A stretch of 54,327 bases of DNA from a virus (lineage: Duplodnaviria; Caudoviricetes), in the IMG/VR virus record IMGVR_UViG_3300032246_002540, positions 1 through 54,327 of that record; one strand, written 5' to 3'. Position numbers and translations under genes: made by a program. The notes beneath the pieces were generated by a model that made no database searches, was not told the origin of the DNA, and worked only from the letters and a program-made list of their open reading frames with translations. How positions within the stretch are numbered: position 1 is the first letter of the stretch; each line of letters begins with the position of its first letter. This document shows positions 26,610 to 37,300 of this stretch, in pieces.

Positions 26610-28826
26610 ATGACAACATTTAGTAGCAACGGCGACATCGAAAAAGTAGTGCGTTTTGCCAAGCAATTCGCTAATGAAAACTATCACGAATACTTCACCG
26701 TGGAACATCTATTGTTGAGTATGCTCCACGAGAAAAACTTTCTCAAGACCCTGGAAACGATGGGTATCAGCACTGATGAGTTGGTTTTAGAAGTAGAAGA
26801 TTATGTGCTGAACAACACTCCCATCAGGAAAATAGACCGCGAACCCCGCAAGACACAAAGCCTGGAGCGGGTATTCAATCGTGCCTTTACCCAAGTGATC
26901 CTACTGGGTCGTAACGTGATAACCATAAGTGATCTGTATCACAGCATCACCAAAGAACAACAGAGCCACGCTGCGTATTTCCTCAAGAAGTATGGTGTGG
27001 AACCAGATCTACTGGTCAAGACACTGGACAAAAACAAGAACAAAAAGGCTGGTGGATATGCAACCAAGGTCCTGGAAGAATACTGTGTTAATCTCAATGA
27101 CCAAGCTGCTGAAGGAAAGATCGATCCAGTCATTGGTCGCGAAACTGAGCTTGCTGATCTGGCGCAAATCCTGGCTCGTAAGAACAAGTGTAACGTGCTA
27201 TTGGTTGGTGATGCTGGTGTGGGCAAGACAGCGATTGCCGAAGGACTTGCACTAAATATCGTCAACGGTGACGTTCCTAAATTCCTCAAAGATAGTGAAG
27301 TTTACAGCCTGAACGTGGGACAACTGTTGGCTGGCACCAAATATCGCGGCGAATTCGAAGAACGTTTACAAGAGATCATCCAGGCAGTGACAGAACTTGG
27401 TAATGTGATCTTGTTCATCGACGAAGCACATCAGATGCGTGGTGCTGGTGGCGGTGGGCAGAGTCCAGTGGACCTGAGCAATATGCTCAAACCCAGTCTT
27501 GCTCGTGGTGCATTTAAAGTCATCGCCAGCACCACCTGGGAAGAATACACACAACATTTCGAAAAAGATCGCGCACTGATGCGTCGATTCAACCGTTTGA
27601 GCGTGGGAGAACCCACACCTGAAGTGGCAAAAGAAATCCTCCAGGGCCTTAAAATGGTCTATGAAACTTTCCACAATGTGAAAATCACAGACACAGCACT
27701 AACGGATGCGGTGGATCTCAGTGTCAGATTCCAGTCTGATAAACGACTGCCTGACAAAGCATTGGATCTGATAGACAGTGCCTGTGCTTTGCGTCGCACA
27801 CAGGCTCGCGGAAGCCGTACTATCGACAGTGCCCATATCAGACGAGAACTCAGCCGTATGACAGGCATCCCCGAAAGCCAGTTCAGCACTGATAAAAAAG
27901 AAACTATGTTGCCCACGATGGCATCAGATATCAAAGCCAAAGTTTACAACCAAGACACTGCTGTGGAGCAAGTGCTGGACCGTGTGTATGTGAGCCAGGC
28001 AGGGCTCAAAGCAGATGATAAACTAGTGGGCAGTTTCCTGTTCCTGGGCCCCACGGGTACAGGCAAGACCGAATTGGCTAAACAACTCAGTGACAAACTG
28101 GGTATGAAATTGTTGCGTTTCGATATGAGCGAGTATCAGGAAAAACACAGCATCGCCAGGCTGATCGGGGCTCCTCCTGGTTATGTGGGCTATGAAGATG
28201 CCAACCTGGCAGGTGGAATGTTGATCAGCGAAGTCAGCAAGAATCCACATTGTATCATCCTGTTCGATGAGATCGAGAAAGCACATCCTGACGTGGCACA
28301 AGTGTTGTTGCAGGTTATGGATGAAGGTTTCATCACTGGCAGCAATGGCAAGCGGGCAGATTGCCGCCAGAGCATCCTGATAATGACCAGCAACCTGGGT
28401 GCTGCTGATTCGGAAAAACTCAACATCGGATTCGGTGGCGGGCAAAAAACCGATGCTGTGGATGCAGCAGTAAAGGAGTTCTTCCGTCCAGAATTCCGCA
28501 ACCGTGTGGATGCTATCGTCACCTTCAACAAACTGGATCAGTCCACTATCCGTCAGATCGCCGAGAAGTTCATCGCGGATCTGAATACTCAGCTGGCACA
28601 ACAGAATGCTAGTGTCTCCCTGAGCGATGCTGCGATGGATTGGTTGGTCAAGAAGGGTTACAATCCTGCGATGGGTGCTCGTCCCATGTCTCGTTGTATC
28701 CACGAAAACATCAAAGTGCCGTTGGCCAAGAAACTATTGTTTGACAAAAACAGCAGCCATGCTAATATAATTGTAGATGTATCTGACGATAAACTTGAAC
28801 TTATCAGCAACTCAACCAAACACTAA
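26610..28826 (+). CDS. clpA: ATP-dependent Clp protease ATP-binding subunit ClpA
   Basis: N-domain HEYFTVEHLLL; two AAA+ modules (GDAGVGKT/FIDEAH, GPTGTGKT/LFDEIEK); IGF ClpP-docking loop; 738 aa. Confidence 0.93.
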   Translation: MTTFSSNGDIEKVVRFAKQFANENYHEYFTVEHLLLSMLHEKNFLKTLETMGISTDELVLEVEDYVLNNTPIRKIDREPRKTQSLERVFNRAFTQVILLGRNVITISDLYHSITKEQQSHAAYFLKKYGVEPDLLVKTLDKNKNKKAGGYATKVLEEYCVNLNDQAAEGKIDPVIGRETELADLAQILARKNKCNVLLVGDAGVGKTAIAEGLALNIVNGDVPKFLKDSEVYSLNVGQLLAGTKYRGEFEERLQEIIQAVTELGNVILFIDEAHQMRGAGGGGQSPVDLSNMLKPSLARGAFKVIASTTWEEYTQHFEKDRALMRRFNRLSVGEPTPEVAKEILQGLKMVYETFHNVKITDTALTDAVDLSVRFQSDKRLPDKALDLIDSACALRRTQARGSRTIDSAHIRRELSRMTGIPESQFSTDKKETMLPTMASDIKAKVYNQDTAVEQVLDRVYVSQAGLKADDKLVGSFLFLGPTGTGKTELAKQLSDKLGMKLLRFDMSEYQEKHSIARLIGAPPGYVGYEDANLAGGMLISEVSKNPHCIILFDEIEKAHPDVAQVLLQVMDEGFITGSNGKRADCRQSILIMTSNLGAADSEKLNIGFGGGQKTDAVDAAVKEFFRPEFRNRVDAIVTFNKLDQSTIRQIAEKFIADLNTQLAQQNASVSLSDAAMDWLVKKGYNPAMGARPMSRCIHENIKVPLAKKLLFDKNSSHANIIVDVSDDKLELISNSTKH

Positions 28827-28854
28827 CATCTAGACTATCAAAAAGGGTTCAAAA

Positions 28855-29205
28855 ATGAAAACTAGTCTTGCTCAAGCACTTATTGATCGCGGTATTATCA
28901 ATAGCACTACACGTATCATTGCCAAGTGTCCCATATTCGCGATGGGCAATGCGCCAGCAGAACAGACACTGCCACTGACAGTGAACCGCGTCATCTATGA
29001 AGCAGACGAGATCAAGTTTATCAGCACCACACGCACAGGCAAGAAATACAGCGTACCCAGCAGCAAAGTGGAGATGATCGACGGTATGCATCCTGTGAGA
29101 TTGGCAGCAGCTTATGACATCAAGCCAGATGGGCTTAAACGGGCACCAGGTAAGAAGCGTGGCAGAAAGCCCAGGATAAATACACAGGAGCAATTAAATG
29201 GCTAA
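28855..29205 (+). CDS. hypothetical protein with AT-hook-like tail
   Basis: IDGMHPVRLA and GKKRGRKPR. Confidence 0.7.
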   Translation: MKTSLAQALIDRGIINSTTRIIAKCPIFAMGNAPAEQTLPLTVNRVIYEADEIKFISTTRTGKKYSVPSSKVEMIDGMHPVRLAAAYDIKPDGLKRAPGKKRGRKPRINTQEQLNG

Positions 29206-29368
29206 ACTTAATCAAGATAAAATTACCATCACCATCAGTGAAATGGTTCGAAACGAAGAGCCCACCGCAGTTATACTGGATGCGGAAGTTTTAGAACAAC
29301 TTCTCACAGTGATCCAGGAACTAGTGGGTCAAAAAAGATTAGTAGAAGTGAGTTTTGAATCAGAATGA
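29198..29368 (+). CDS. small hypothetical protein (56 aa, not in the ORF track)
   Basis: TAAATA 29177-29182, AGGAG SD; MAKLNQDKITITISEMVR...RLVEVSFESE*. Confidence 0.7.
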   Translation: MAKLNQDKITITISEMVRNEEPTAVILDAEVLEQLLTVIQELVGQKRLVEVSFESE

Positions 29369-29736
29369 GTGGTACCCCCCAGATAGTATTAAGTGCAACC
29401 AGTTATGGTAACAGTTATCCTCCCTATGATGGGAGCAGTCCTGCCTTCAGCAGTGATAAGGTCAAAGGCAACGGATACTATGGGTACACAGACGGTTTGC
29501 ACACTGTCAGCTACAAGACAACTGGTTTCAAAGGCGTATTGAAATTCCAAGGCAGCCTAGCGACCAGTCCCAGTGAAGCTGATTGGTTTGATATTGCCAA
29601 TACCAGTATCGGCGACGGCACCACAGCCGTCACTGGCACTACTTTTTTCAATTTTACCGGCAACTTTGTCTGGTGCAGAGCGCACGTAACCAATTTCAAT
29701 GCTGGCACTATTGACAAAGTACTATATAATACATAA
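29365..29736 (+). CDS. hypothetical beta-rich protein, possibly virion
   Basis: GNGYYG..DGLHTV, QGSLATSPSEADWFDI, NFTGNFVWCRA. Confidence 0.65.
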   Translation: MSGTPQIVLSATSYGNSYPPYDGSSPAFSSDKVKGNGYYGYTDGLHTVSYKTTGFKGVLKFQGSLATSPSEADWFDIANTSIGDGTTAVTGTTFFNFTGNFVWCRAHVTNFNAGTIDKVLYNT

Positions 29737-29761
29737 TAATCAAGAAAGAGTAAATTTATCA

Positions 29762-30637
29762 ATGACAACACCTGGACCAGCACTAGAAACTGGTGGATTA
29801 CCACCTGAAGCACTCGAATTCCTCCGTAAACAACATATACACTTTTGCTTGCCCATGTATGGCGGTAATTGTAACGAAGCTACCTTTATCGCGATGATCA
29901 AGTTCGGTATCATCGCTGGCAAGTTGGGCATCAATTACAGCATCGATACCATGGTAAACGAAAGTTTGATCACACGTGGCCGCAATAATTTGGTGGCCAA
30001 GATGCTACACAACCAAGCTGCCACCCACCTGATGTTTATCGACGTGGATCTGGGTTTCGATCCTGAAGCTATCATCCGTCTGATCCTGGCCAACCAGGAC
30101 GTGGTGGGCGGTGTATATCCAATGAAACGCATCCCCATCCGATATGTGATCAACACTGTTCCCAATCCTGTGGTGATGGGCGATCTAGTAGAAGTCAGCA
30201 CACTGGGCACAGGCTTCATGATGGTAAAACGCCAGGTCTTGGAAAAGATGATCAGCCTGCATCCAGAGCTCAAGTACCGCGATAATATCGGTATCGGTCC
30301 GCAATATGAGCCGCTGATGTATGGCCTGTTCGACACCATGATCGACAAGGACGACAATTATCTTAGTGAAGATTGGACGTTCTGTTACCTGTGGCGCCTG
30401 GCAGGAGGCAAAGTGTTTGCTGACACTGGCATCAAACTGGATCACACTGGCTATCACAAGTATGAAGGCAGTGTTGAAGAACTTAAAAAAGTTTTGACCA
30501 ATCAAGTGAGCAACGGCGGACCACATCATCTGGATCCACAGAATCAAGTGGTAGCCAGCAAGCCAGCAATCAAACTCAAATTGAAGGATAAAAAAACAGC
30601 AGAGGCTCCCAAGCTGAAGTTGAAAGTCAAAGGATAA
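29762..30637 (+). CDS. GT-A-fold glycosyltransferase-like protein
   Basis: ESLITRGRN, THLMFIDVD (DxD), GGVYP, GTGFMMVKR, YLSEDWTFC. Confidence 0.75.
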   Translation: MTTPGPALETGGLPPEALEFLRKQHIHFCLPMYGGNCNEATFIAMIKFGIIAGKLGINYSIDTMVNESLITRGRNNLVAKMLHNQAATHLMFIDVDLGFDPEAIIRLILANQDVVGGVYPMKRIPIRYVINTVPNPVVMGDLVEVSTLGTGFMMVKRQVLEKMISLHPELKYRDNIGIGPQYEPLMYGLFDTMIDKDDNYLSEDWTFCYLWRLAGGKVFADTGIKLDHTGYHKYEGSVEELKKVLTNQVSNGGPHHLDPQNQVVASKPAIKLKLKDKKTAEAPKLKLKVKG

Positions 30638-30640
30638 ATC

Positions 30641-31117
30641 ATGAGCGATCTTGAACCAGTGGAATTTAAAATTTATCTTACTAGCCTATACTACAACGAC
30701 CCTCCTAAATTTGAAGTTCTACTGGACAATGAAGTTATAGAATATGGCGAGGTCACCGAACATCAGGACAGTGACCAGCAACGCATCATCAGTTTCACAA
30801 GAGAACTGGATGAAGGTGATCATACCATCAGTGTGCGGTTGCTGGGCAAAAAACCCAAACACACTCAACAAGATGAAAATGGAAATATCATCGAAGATCA
30901 GTTGTTGAATCTGATGGAAGTTGAGATAGATGAAATCGAATTGGGCAATCTGTTCTACGATCAAGGTTGTTTTTATAAACAAACAGGAGTGATCAAGGGA
31001 CAACCAGAGTTTGCAGCCGAACCAGAACCGCTCAAATACAGCAACTTTGGCTGGAATGGCGAATGGCGATTGAGATTCAGTGTGCCCACCTATATGTGGT
31101 TTTTAGAAAACCTGTAA
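30641..31117 (+). CDS. hypothetical acidic protein
   Basis: AAGGA SD; C-terminal GWNGEW..F..P.Y.WFLENL. Confidence 0.7.
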   Translation: MSDLEPVEFKIYLTSLYYNDPPKFEVLLDNEVIEYGEVTEHQDSDQQRIISFTRELDEGDHTISVRLLGKKPKHTQQDENGNIIEDQLLNLMEVEIDEIELGNLFYDQGCFYKQTGVIKGQPEFAAEPEPLKYSNFGWNGEWRLRFSVPTYMWFLENL

Positions 31118-31132
31118 CCAGATAAATATCTG

Positions 31133-32233
31133 ATGCGTATAAGAGAAATTATCACAGAGGCAGAAGCAGTAGATATTACTGGGCGAACTCCTCATCCTGA
31201 AGATGCCATCTTCGACGGCAGCAGCCACGCCGCACGTATGATACAGGCTCTCAGCAGTGTGATTAAAAATCCCGGCAGTCTCACAATCAAATGGGATGGC
31301 TTTCCCGCACTTATTTTCGGCAGATTGCCTGACGGTCAATTTACCGTTATGGACAAATATATGTACGACAATCCCCAGGGTCGTATCACTAGTGCCCAGG
31401 GTTGGGTAGACTATGACAACGCACGTGGAAAACCACGTCCTGACCTGTACCCTAAAATTGCCAACATCTGGGCAGGTTTGGAACAGGCTGTGGGAACCAG
31501 TCCTGGTTTTTACTGGGGCGATTTGCTGTGGAGCGATCCGCTCGCACCTGCACAAGGCAAATTTGTATTCCGTCCCAATCCCTGGGGCGTTACCTACAGC
31601 ATCGATGTCAACAGCGATCTGGGCAAACAGATCACCGGCAGACAGGGTGGCATTGTGGTACACACATTCATACCCAGCGATGGCGCACAACCGCAGCCTT
31701 GGAACGGTCAAGGCCTTAATATGAACACGCCAGTTGCAGTGTTGACGCCCAGTGCTAACATCGCTTTCACATTGAAAGATCCTGTGAAACTACGCAACAC
31801 TGCATCAGCAGTGCTGCAAAAAAATGGTGCTCTGGCAGATCAGTTCATGGCAGGACTGGACGACAAAGGTCGTATGGCTGTAAAGCAGTATGCCAACAAA
31901 TTGATCACCAAGCAAACAAACGACAGTATGGACAAATGGATAGTTAATGCCAACTTTAGCCAGAAACTAAAAAAGTTCTTGTTGGGTGAAAACAAAGATG
32001 GTTATCTGTATCAGAACAGCAAAGGCCTGGATGCCATATTCGCCATCTGGAATGCCATATACGCATTCAAGATAAACGTGACGGAACAGTTGGAAAAGCA
32101 GGTCAAAGGCATAGATCAGAGCATCAATGGGCAACCGGCTGGGGAAGGATTTGTTTTCAGCACACCGCAAGGACCAGTCAAGCTGGTAAATCGTGGCGTG
32201 TTCAGTGCGGCATTGTTTGCCAGAGGCGGTTGA
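31133..32233 (+). CDS. ligase-like nucleotidyltransferase (KxDG) with capsid-targeting-like N-terminus
   Basis: MRIREIITE start; HPED, TIKWDG (motif I), GEGFVF (motif IV), VKLVNR (motif V). Confidence 0.6.
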   Translation: MRIREIITEAEAVDITGRTPHPEDAIFDGSSHAARMIQALSSVIKNPGSLTIKWDGFPALIFGRLPDGQFTVMDKYMYDNPQGRITSAQGWVDYDNARGKPRPDLYPKIANIWAGLEQAVGTSPGFYWGDLLWSDPLAPAQGKFVFRPNPWGVTYSIDVNSDLGKQITGRQGGIVVHTFIPSDGAQPQPWNGQGLNMNTPVAVLTPSANIAFTLKDPVKLRNTASAVLQKNGALADQFMAGLDDKGRMAVKQYANKLITKQTNDSMDKWIVNANFSQKLKKFLLGENKDGYLYQNSKGLDAIFAIWNAIYAFKINVTEQLEKQVKGIDQSINGQPAGEGFVFSTPQGPVKLVNRGVFSAALFARGG

Positions 32234-32234
32234 T

Positions 32235-34313
32235 ATGAAAGCCAAACAGATATTCGAAGATGCACATCACACAATTTGCATTTATCCAGGCAGATTCCAA
32301 CCTCCCCACCGCGGACACGCAGCCACATATCGTTTGCTTGAAAAGAAATACGGACAGGAAAACACGTTCATAGCTACCAGCAATAAAACTGATGGCGACA
32401 AGAGTCCCTTCGATTTTGCAGAAAAGAAAGCACTGCTGATTGCTGCTGGCGTACCAGCTGAGCGCATAGTACAAGTGGTAAACACATACAATGCAACAGA
32501 AATAACCAGCCAATATGATCTGTCACACACTGTTGTGTTGTATGCAGTGGGGGAAAAGGATATGGGCACTGATCCCAGATTCAGCAACTTTGTTAAAAAA
32601 GACGGCACTCCCACTTATCTGCAACCTATGATTCCTGAGCCCGAAACTGCTGACAATCACGCCTATCTTATCATCGCTCCCACAGTTGAATTCAAGATGA
32701 ACGGCAAGCCCATCACTAGTGCTAGCGAGATAAGGCAGATGTTCAAGGACGCCGATCCCGCAGAACGTGCAGACATAGTGCATCAGTTGTATGGCATGGA
32801 CACAGCCAGCGTGTTGAAGATCTTCGAGAAAAAGCTGATGCCAGAGCATCCTGTGCAGGACTATATCAATACTAAAAATCCTGTCAAACCTGCTAAAAAG
32901 AAAAACAAGAAACAAGAACTGGAACTTCCTGAAAACTACACTATGGAGCAGTTCGATCGCATACTGAACAATATCATTCTTGAAGCATACAGCAAAGCGG
33001 AACCAGAAAAAGAACCTGTACATCCTGGTTCTAAGATAGATCCTGATACACTGATAGATCCTGATCTAGGAGCAGTACCTGCTCGCAAACCTGTTAGCAA
33101 ACAAAGCAACAGCAATGATGAATTAGAAAAAGAACTACAAAAGCGCATAGGCGAAAACTTCAAGGACGGCCGTCATCCCGAACACAAGGGTGACAGCCAG
33201 CGCCACGGTATCCCCAAGGGTGCTACTATGGCACAGGATAAAAGACTTAGTATTCCGGAAGTTGACCTTCATTATGATCCTAAATTCAAACTATCCACAC
33301 ATATGTATGACAAGGGATATGGCGTTACACCTCCTACTCAGTGGTCTGACGTCGGCAAAGATATGGTTATAAATCCAGATAAACCTACCATTATTGTTCC
33401 AGGCGGGAAGAAACAAATAGCGCCTGGCATCAAAGGCATGTTGAAGCAGCAGGGACGACAGCAATACGATCCAGGTACATATAAAGATTATCATCGCACT
33501 GCTTATAGTCAGGAAGATCCGGATGACATCGATACAGATGATACAGAGATGATCCAGGAACCTGTAGACGAGAACTTTGCAGATGGCAAGGGACCAGGTC
33601 GTCCGGGAGACAGCCAGCGCCACGGCATACCCAAACACGCCAGCGTCAGCACATTACGCAAGATAGCTAAACAAGGCGGCCGCAAAGGCCAGTTGGCTCA
33701 CTGGCAGGCTAATATGAAAGCCGGCAAGAAAAAAGCCAACGAAGAAACCATTTACAACTGGGCGGCAGTGCCCAATAAGCCTGTTCCAGCAGCACCGGTG
33801 GATATGCGTGGTGTTAAAATCCAATCTGTGTTAAAAAAATTACATGAAACCGATCAGCAGCTGATGGACGAAGGCATATTCGATGCCATAGGTAGAGGTT
33901 TATATGGAGCCGGCGCAGTAGACAGCGGTGCCGAAGCCTTGGACGCTATCAAACAGGGCGATTGGCAGACAGCACTAGGTGCTGGTTTGGAAGCTGGTGG
34001 TAGTGCGTTGGGTATGTTACCCAAATTCAGTCTGCCCACCGCTCTAGGTGGTGTGGCATTGAGTGCATTGGGATCAGCTATAAAACCTGCCCCCAAATAT
34101 CAGAATGGTTTACCTGTCCCAGATCATACACAAGCTGGAACAAAAACAGCAGGCAGGGCACCTGTGGATGTACCCAATCCTCCTATCATCAGGGATCCCG
34201 GAGCAGGCAGTGCTGCACCGAACACCACACCTGATAGCAGCACCAGCCCCAATCTAAGCACCAATAAACCCAAACCCGCTGTGAAAAAACCTCGTGCTCC
34301 AATAGCTAGTTAG
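32235..34313 (+). CDS. multi-module protein: N-terminal HxGH nucleotidyltransferase plus several small modules
   Basis: MKAKQIFE start; PGRFQPPHRGH, SPFDF, SASEIR; then basic/acidic modules with a duplicated ENFxDG..GDSQRHGIPK. Confidence 0.7.
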   Translation: MKAKQIFEDAHHTICIYPGRFQPPHRGHAATYRLLEKKYGQENTFIATSNKTDGDKSPFDFAEKKALLIAAGVPAERIVQVVNTYNATEITSQYDLSHTVVLYAVGEKDMGTDPRFSNFVKKDGTPTYLQPMIPEPETADNHAYLIIAPTVEFKMNGKPITSASEIRQMFKDADPAERADIVHQLYGMDTASVLKIFEKKLMPEHPVQDYINTKNPVKPAKKKNKKQELELPENYTMEQFDRILNNIILEAYSKAEPEKEPVHPGSKIDPDTLIDPDLGAVPARKPVSKQSNSNDELEKELQKRIGENFKDGRHPEHKGDSQRHGIPKGATMAQDKRLSIPEVDLHYDPKFKLSTHMYDKGYGVTPPTQWSDVGKDMVINPDKPTIIVPGGKKQIAPGIKGMLKQQGRQQYDPGTYKDYHRTAYSQEDPDDIDTDDTEMIQEPVDENFADGKGPGRPGDSQRHGIPKHASVSTLRKIAKQGGRKGQLAHWQANMKAGKKKANEETIYNWAAVPNKPVPAAPVDMRGVKIQSVLKKLHETDQQLMDEGIFDAIGRGLYGAGAVDSGAEALDAIKQGDWQTALGAGLEAGGSALGMLPKFSLPTALGGVALSALGSAIKPAPKYQNGLPVPDHTQAGTKTAGRAPVDVPNPPIIRDPGAGSAAPNTTPDSSTSPNLSTNKPKPAVKKPRAPIAS
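33153..33635 (+). repeat. duplicated ENF(K/A)DG...GDSQRHGIPK module
   Basis: Copies start at 33153 and 33570; identical 17-mer GACAGCCAGCGCCACGG at 33192 and 33609. Confidence 0.85.
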
Positions 34314-34339
34314 TACTGCTCTGCTAGATAAATAATTCT

Positions 34340-37300
34340 ATGAGCACCATATTTGACAAGTATAATCTTCATCGCCACATAATCGCAGAAGAACAGGATC
34401 TTTTGGAAGTCAACATGAGCCCAGGTGCTCTCAACGACTTCGCCAAGAGCGAATCAGCACAAGGTATGACCATCGGTTTCGAGATGGAACTAGTGATGAA
34501 TGATTTGCCTGACGAAGGGGGTTATAGTGGTGAGTCAGAAACTGAAGCTGACATGGAATATAACGATGACTTTCCCACTGGTTCAGGTTGGCGCAATGAT
34601 GTCATATCCTGGTTGGAAGGGGGCGATAATCCCAACGGTGATCGTGATGTTGAACGGACAATGGAATGGTTTGACGAACAGTTCTTTGAATATGCAGACG
34701 AGATGTTTGCTAATGCGTTAGATGAAGATGAGGATCTCCAAGAAGAAGTAAGAAAGGAGATTCATGATATCCTTGCACTTCAAGATAAACCAAGCGATAC
34801 AGATGCAATAGCTGCTGAATATGATGAACAGACTGACATTTATACTGACGCAGTTGATAGAGTCAAAGAAGGTTGGCAAGAAAACGAAATAGATAATGCG
34901 TTTGATGATTTCCGCAGACAATATCGCATCAGGGACATGGAAGATTTCCTCAATTATGTAAACCGTAACCATCCCCGCATCAGTCTAAACTGGCCTTACA
35001 TCACTTATTCTGGGGGCAATGGAGAAGGTGGCGATCTGGGAGATTATCTGCAAGATGTAGCTAATGAACTGGAAGTTAAATTAAAGAGAGTCAATAGTGC
35101 TTTCTATGTGGTGGTTAGCCAAGACTATCATGATGAAAGCAGAGAAGAAAACAAATTCATCATAGAGCCAGACGGCAGCATCAGTCCTCAGGGCAGAGAG
35201 TTCATTAGTCCAGCTATGCCGTTTGCAGATGGCATCGCAGCTATGCAAGTGATGTTCCAGTGGGCTCAGAACCAAGGTTATAAAACCAACCATAGCACTG
35301 GTTTCCATATGGGTATCAGCTTGCCCAATCACGAAACACAGAACATCGACCATATGAAATTCGTGCTGATGCTGGGGGATAATTATGTGCTGGAAAAATT
35401 CAATCGTGCCAAAGCACACTATGCAGTCAGCACCGCTGCCACTATGCGCGACACACTCAAAAGGAACAGCCAGGTCACAAAAGAACAGGTTGCTCAATAC
35501 CTGAGACAGATGGCAGATGGTGTACAGGATCTGGCTACGGCCGAACTGAACAAGCTGCTGGTACCTAGAGGCGAGCATCGCCAGAGCGTGAACATCAAGA
35601 AAAACTATATGGAGATCCGTTCAGCTGGCGACAACTATCTGCCCAGATTCGACGAGATCCGCCTCACACTGTTACGCTATCTCAAGACACTGGAAATCAG
35701 TGCAGACGATCAGGCATATCGCAAAGAATATGCCAAGAAGCTGAGCAAATTCCTGACCAATACCAATATGATCCGCACAGTGGATCCCATCACTGGTCGC
35801 AAGAGCGTGGCTGCTAAAGAAAGCCTGGATGCCACGGTACAACGGGCTTTCGAAGAATACTTTTCAGCACTCCAGCGCGGTGAATCGGGCGATGAAGCTA
35901 TCCAGAAACTCACAGAAAAATTAAATTCCTACAAAGGCGATAAGGTAGGCCAACTTAAACAACAACTGCGTAGCAAACGAGCTAATAATGATCCCAGTGC
36001 TACCAAGCTGAAATATCAGGGCAGCGACCGTGTGGAATTTTCAGCCACGGGCAGTGCTTATGATGTGCTCAACAGTTTCATCGAACAGCTGAGAGATGCT
36101 GGTATGGGTGTACAGCACGAAAAAGCCATGTATATAGAGGCTCCCAAAGGTCAGATATTATACAACGTGGAATTCCGATATCGTGCATCCACTCGCGAAT
36201 TTAGTTATTGGTGCTTTGCCACTGATAAACGCGGAGCGATGGAACAAGCCAAGAAAGCCTGGAACACTGGTGCAGATCAACCTGGCGACAGTTGGTTAGC
36301 ATACGAGCAGACAGGAGATAACCAGAGCCTTTACTATATCCTGAGGCACTACTTGGACAGCAACAAGACACCTCCGGCTTTACCAGTTGATCGCACTACA
36401 GGTAGTCCCGCACAGGCAGAACAGCCTGAGGAAAGGCCCATTACATACAGCTTGCGCGGTCTTGATGATCGTGGTATCGTTACTTTTACCACCACTAACG
36501 ATCAATCTGCCCTAGATGCTGCTAATCGGTTCATAAGCCAACATAGCCAGTATAACTATAACAACGTAGAGTTGTTTCGTTATGCGAATGATGGCGTGAG
36601 CAGACAACCTGTCAATCTATTCAATCATACATCTCTTGGTAATGCACAAGAGCAACCAGCACAAGCTAACATACCCGCTTGGTCGCCCAACGCACGAGTC
36701 GCATACCAGCTGGTAGACAGGAATGGCAGTCCTATAACAGCCTTCACAGATGGCGCCCGCATACCTACTAACAGCCTCTTCTACGCTGCTGATAGCTTAG
36801 AAGCAGTTCGTCGTGCTGCAGATCTGGATAGGATCCATGGCCTACCGCAAGGATATCGGGTTAGACCGTTCGGTGGACCTGGCAGTGGCAGTGGTGGCCA
36901 GTCCCAGGCCAATACAGCAGGTACAAGTGAAACCTACATCATCACCTATCGTGATCCACAAGGCCATGCACATCAGACTGCTTATGATGCTAACAGCGAT
37001 AGAGAAGCAGAAGCATTGTTCATGCGACAGCATCCTGCCGGCTATTGGATAGAAGCGATTGTCACTCAACAGCAACATTCAATCGAGGGCACTCCAGGTA
37101 CGTTTATCGTGACTTATCTTAGCCCTCAAGGTAATGAGCAGCAAACCACATATAATGCCAATAGTGCTACCGAGGCTGCATCCTTGTTCCGTATTCACCA
37201 CCCGGCCAGCTATCGCTTACACCAGATAGAAAGAGTGCGAGAGAGCGTAGGTGAAAGCGCAGAAGTCACAGAAACTCTGAAGAAAGTCAAAGGAAAATGG

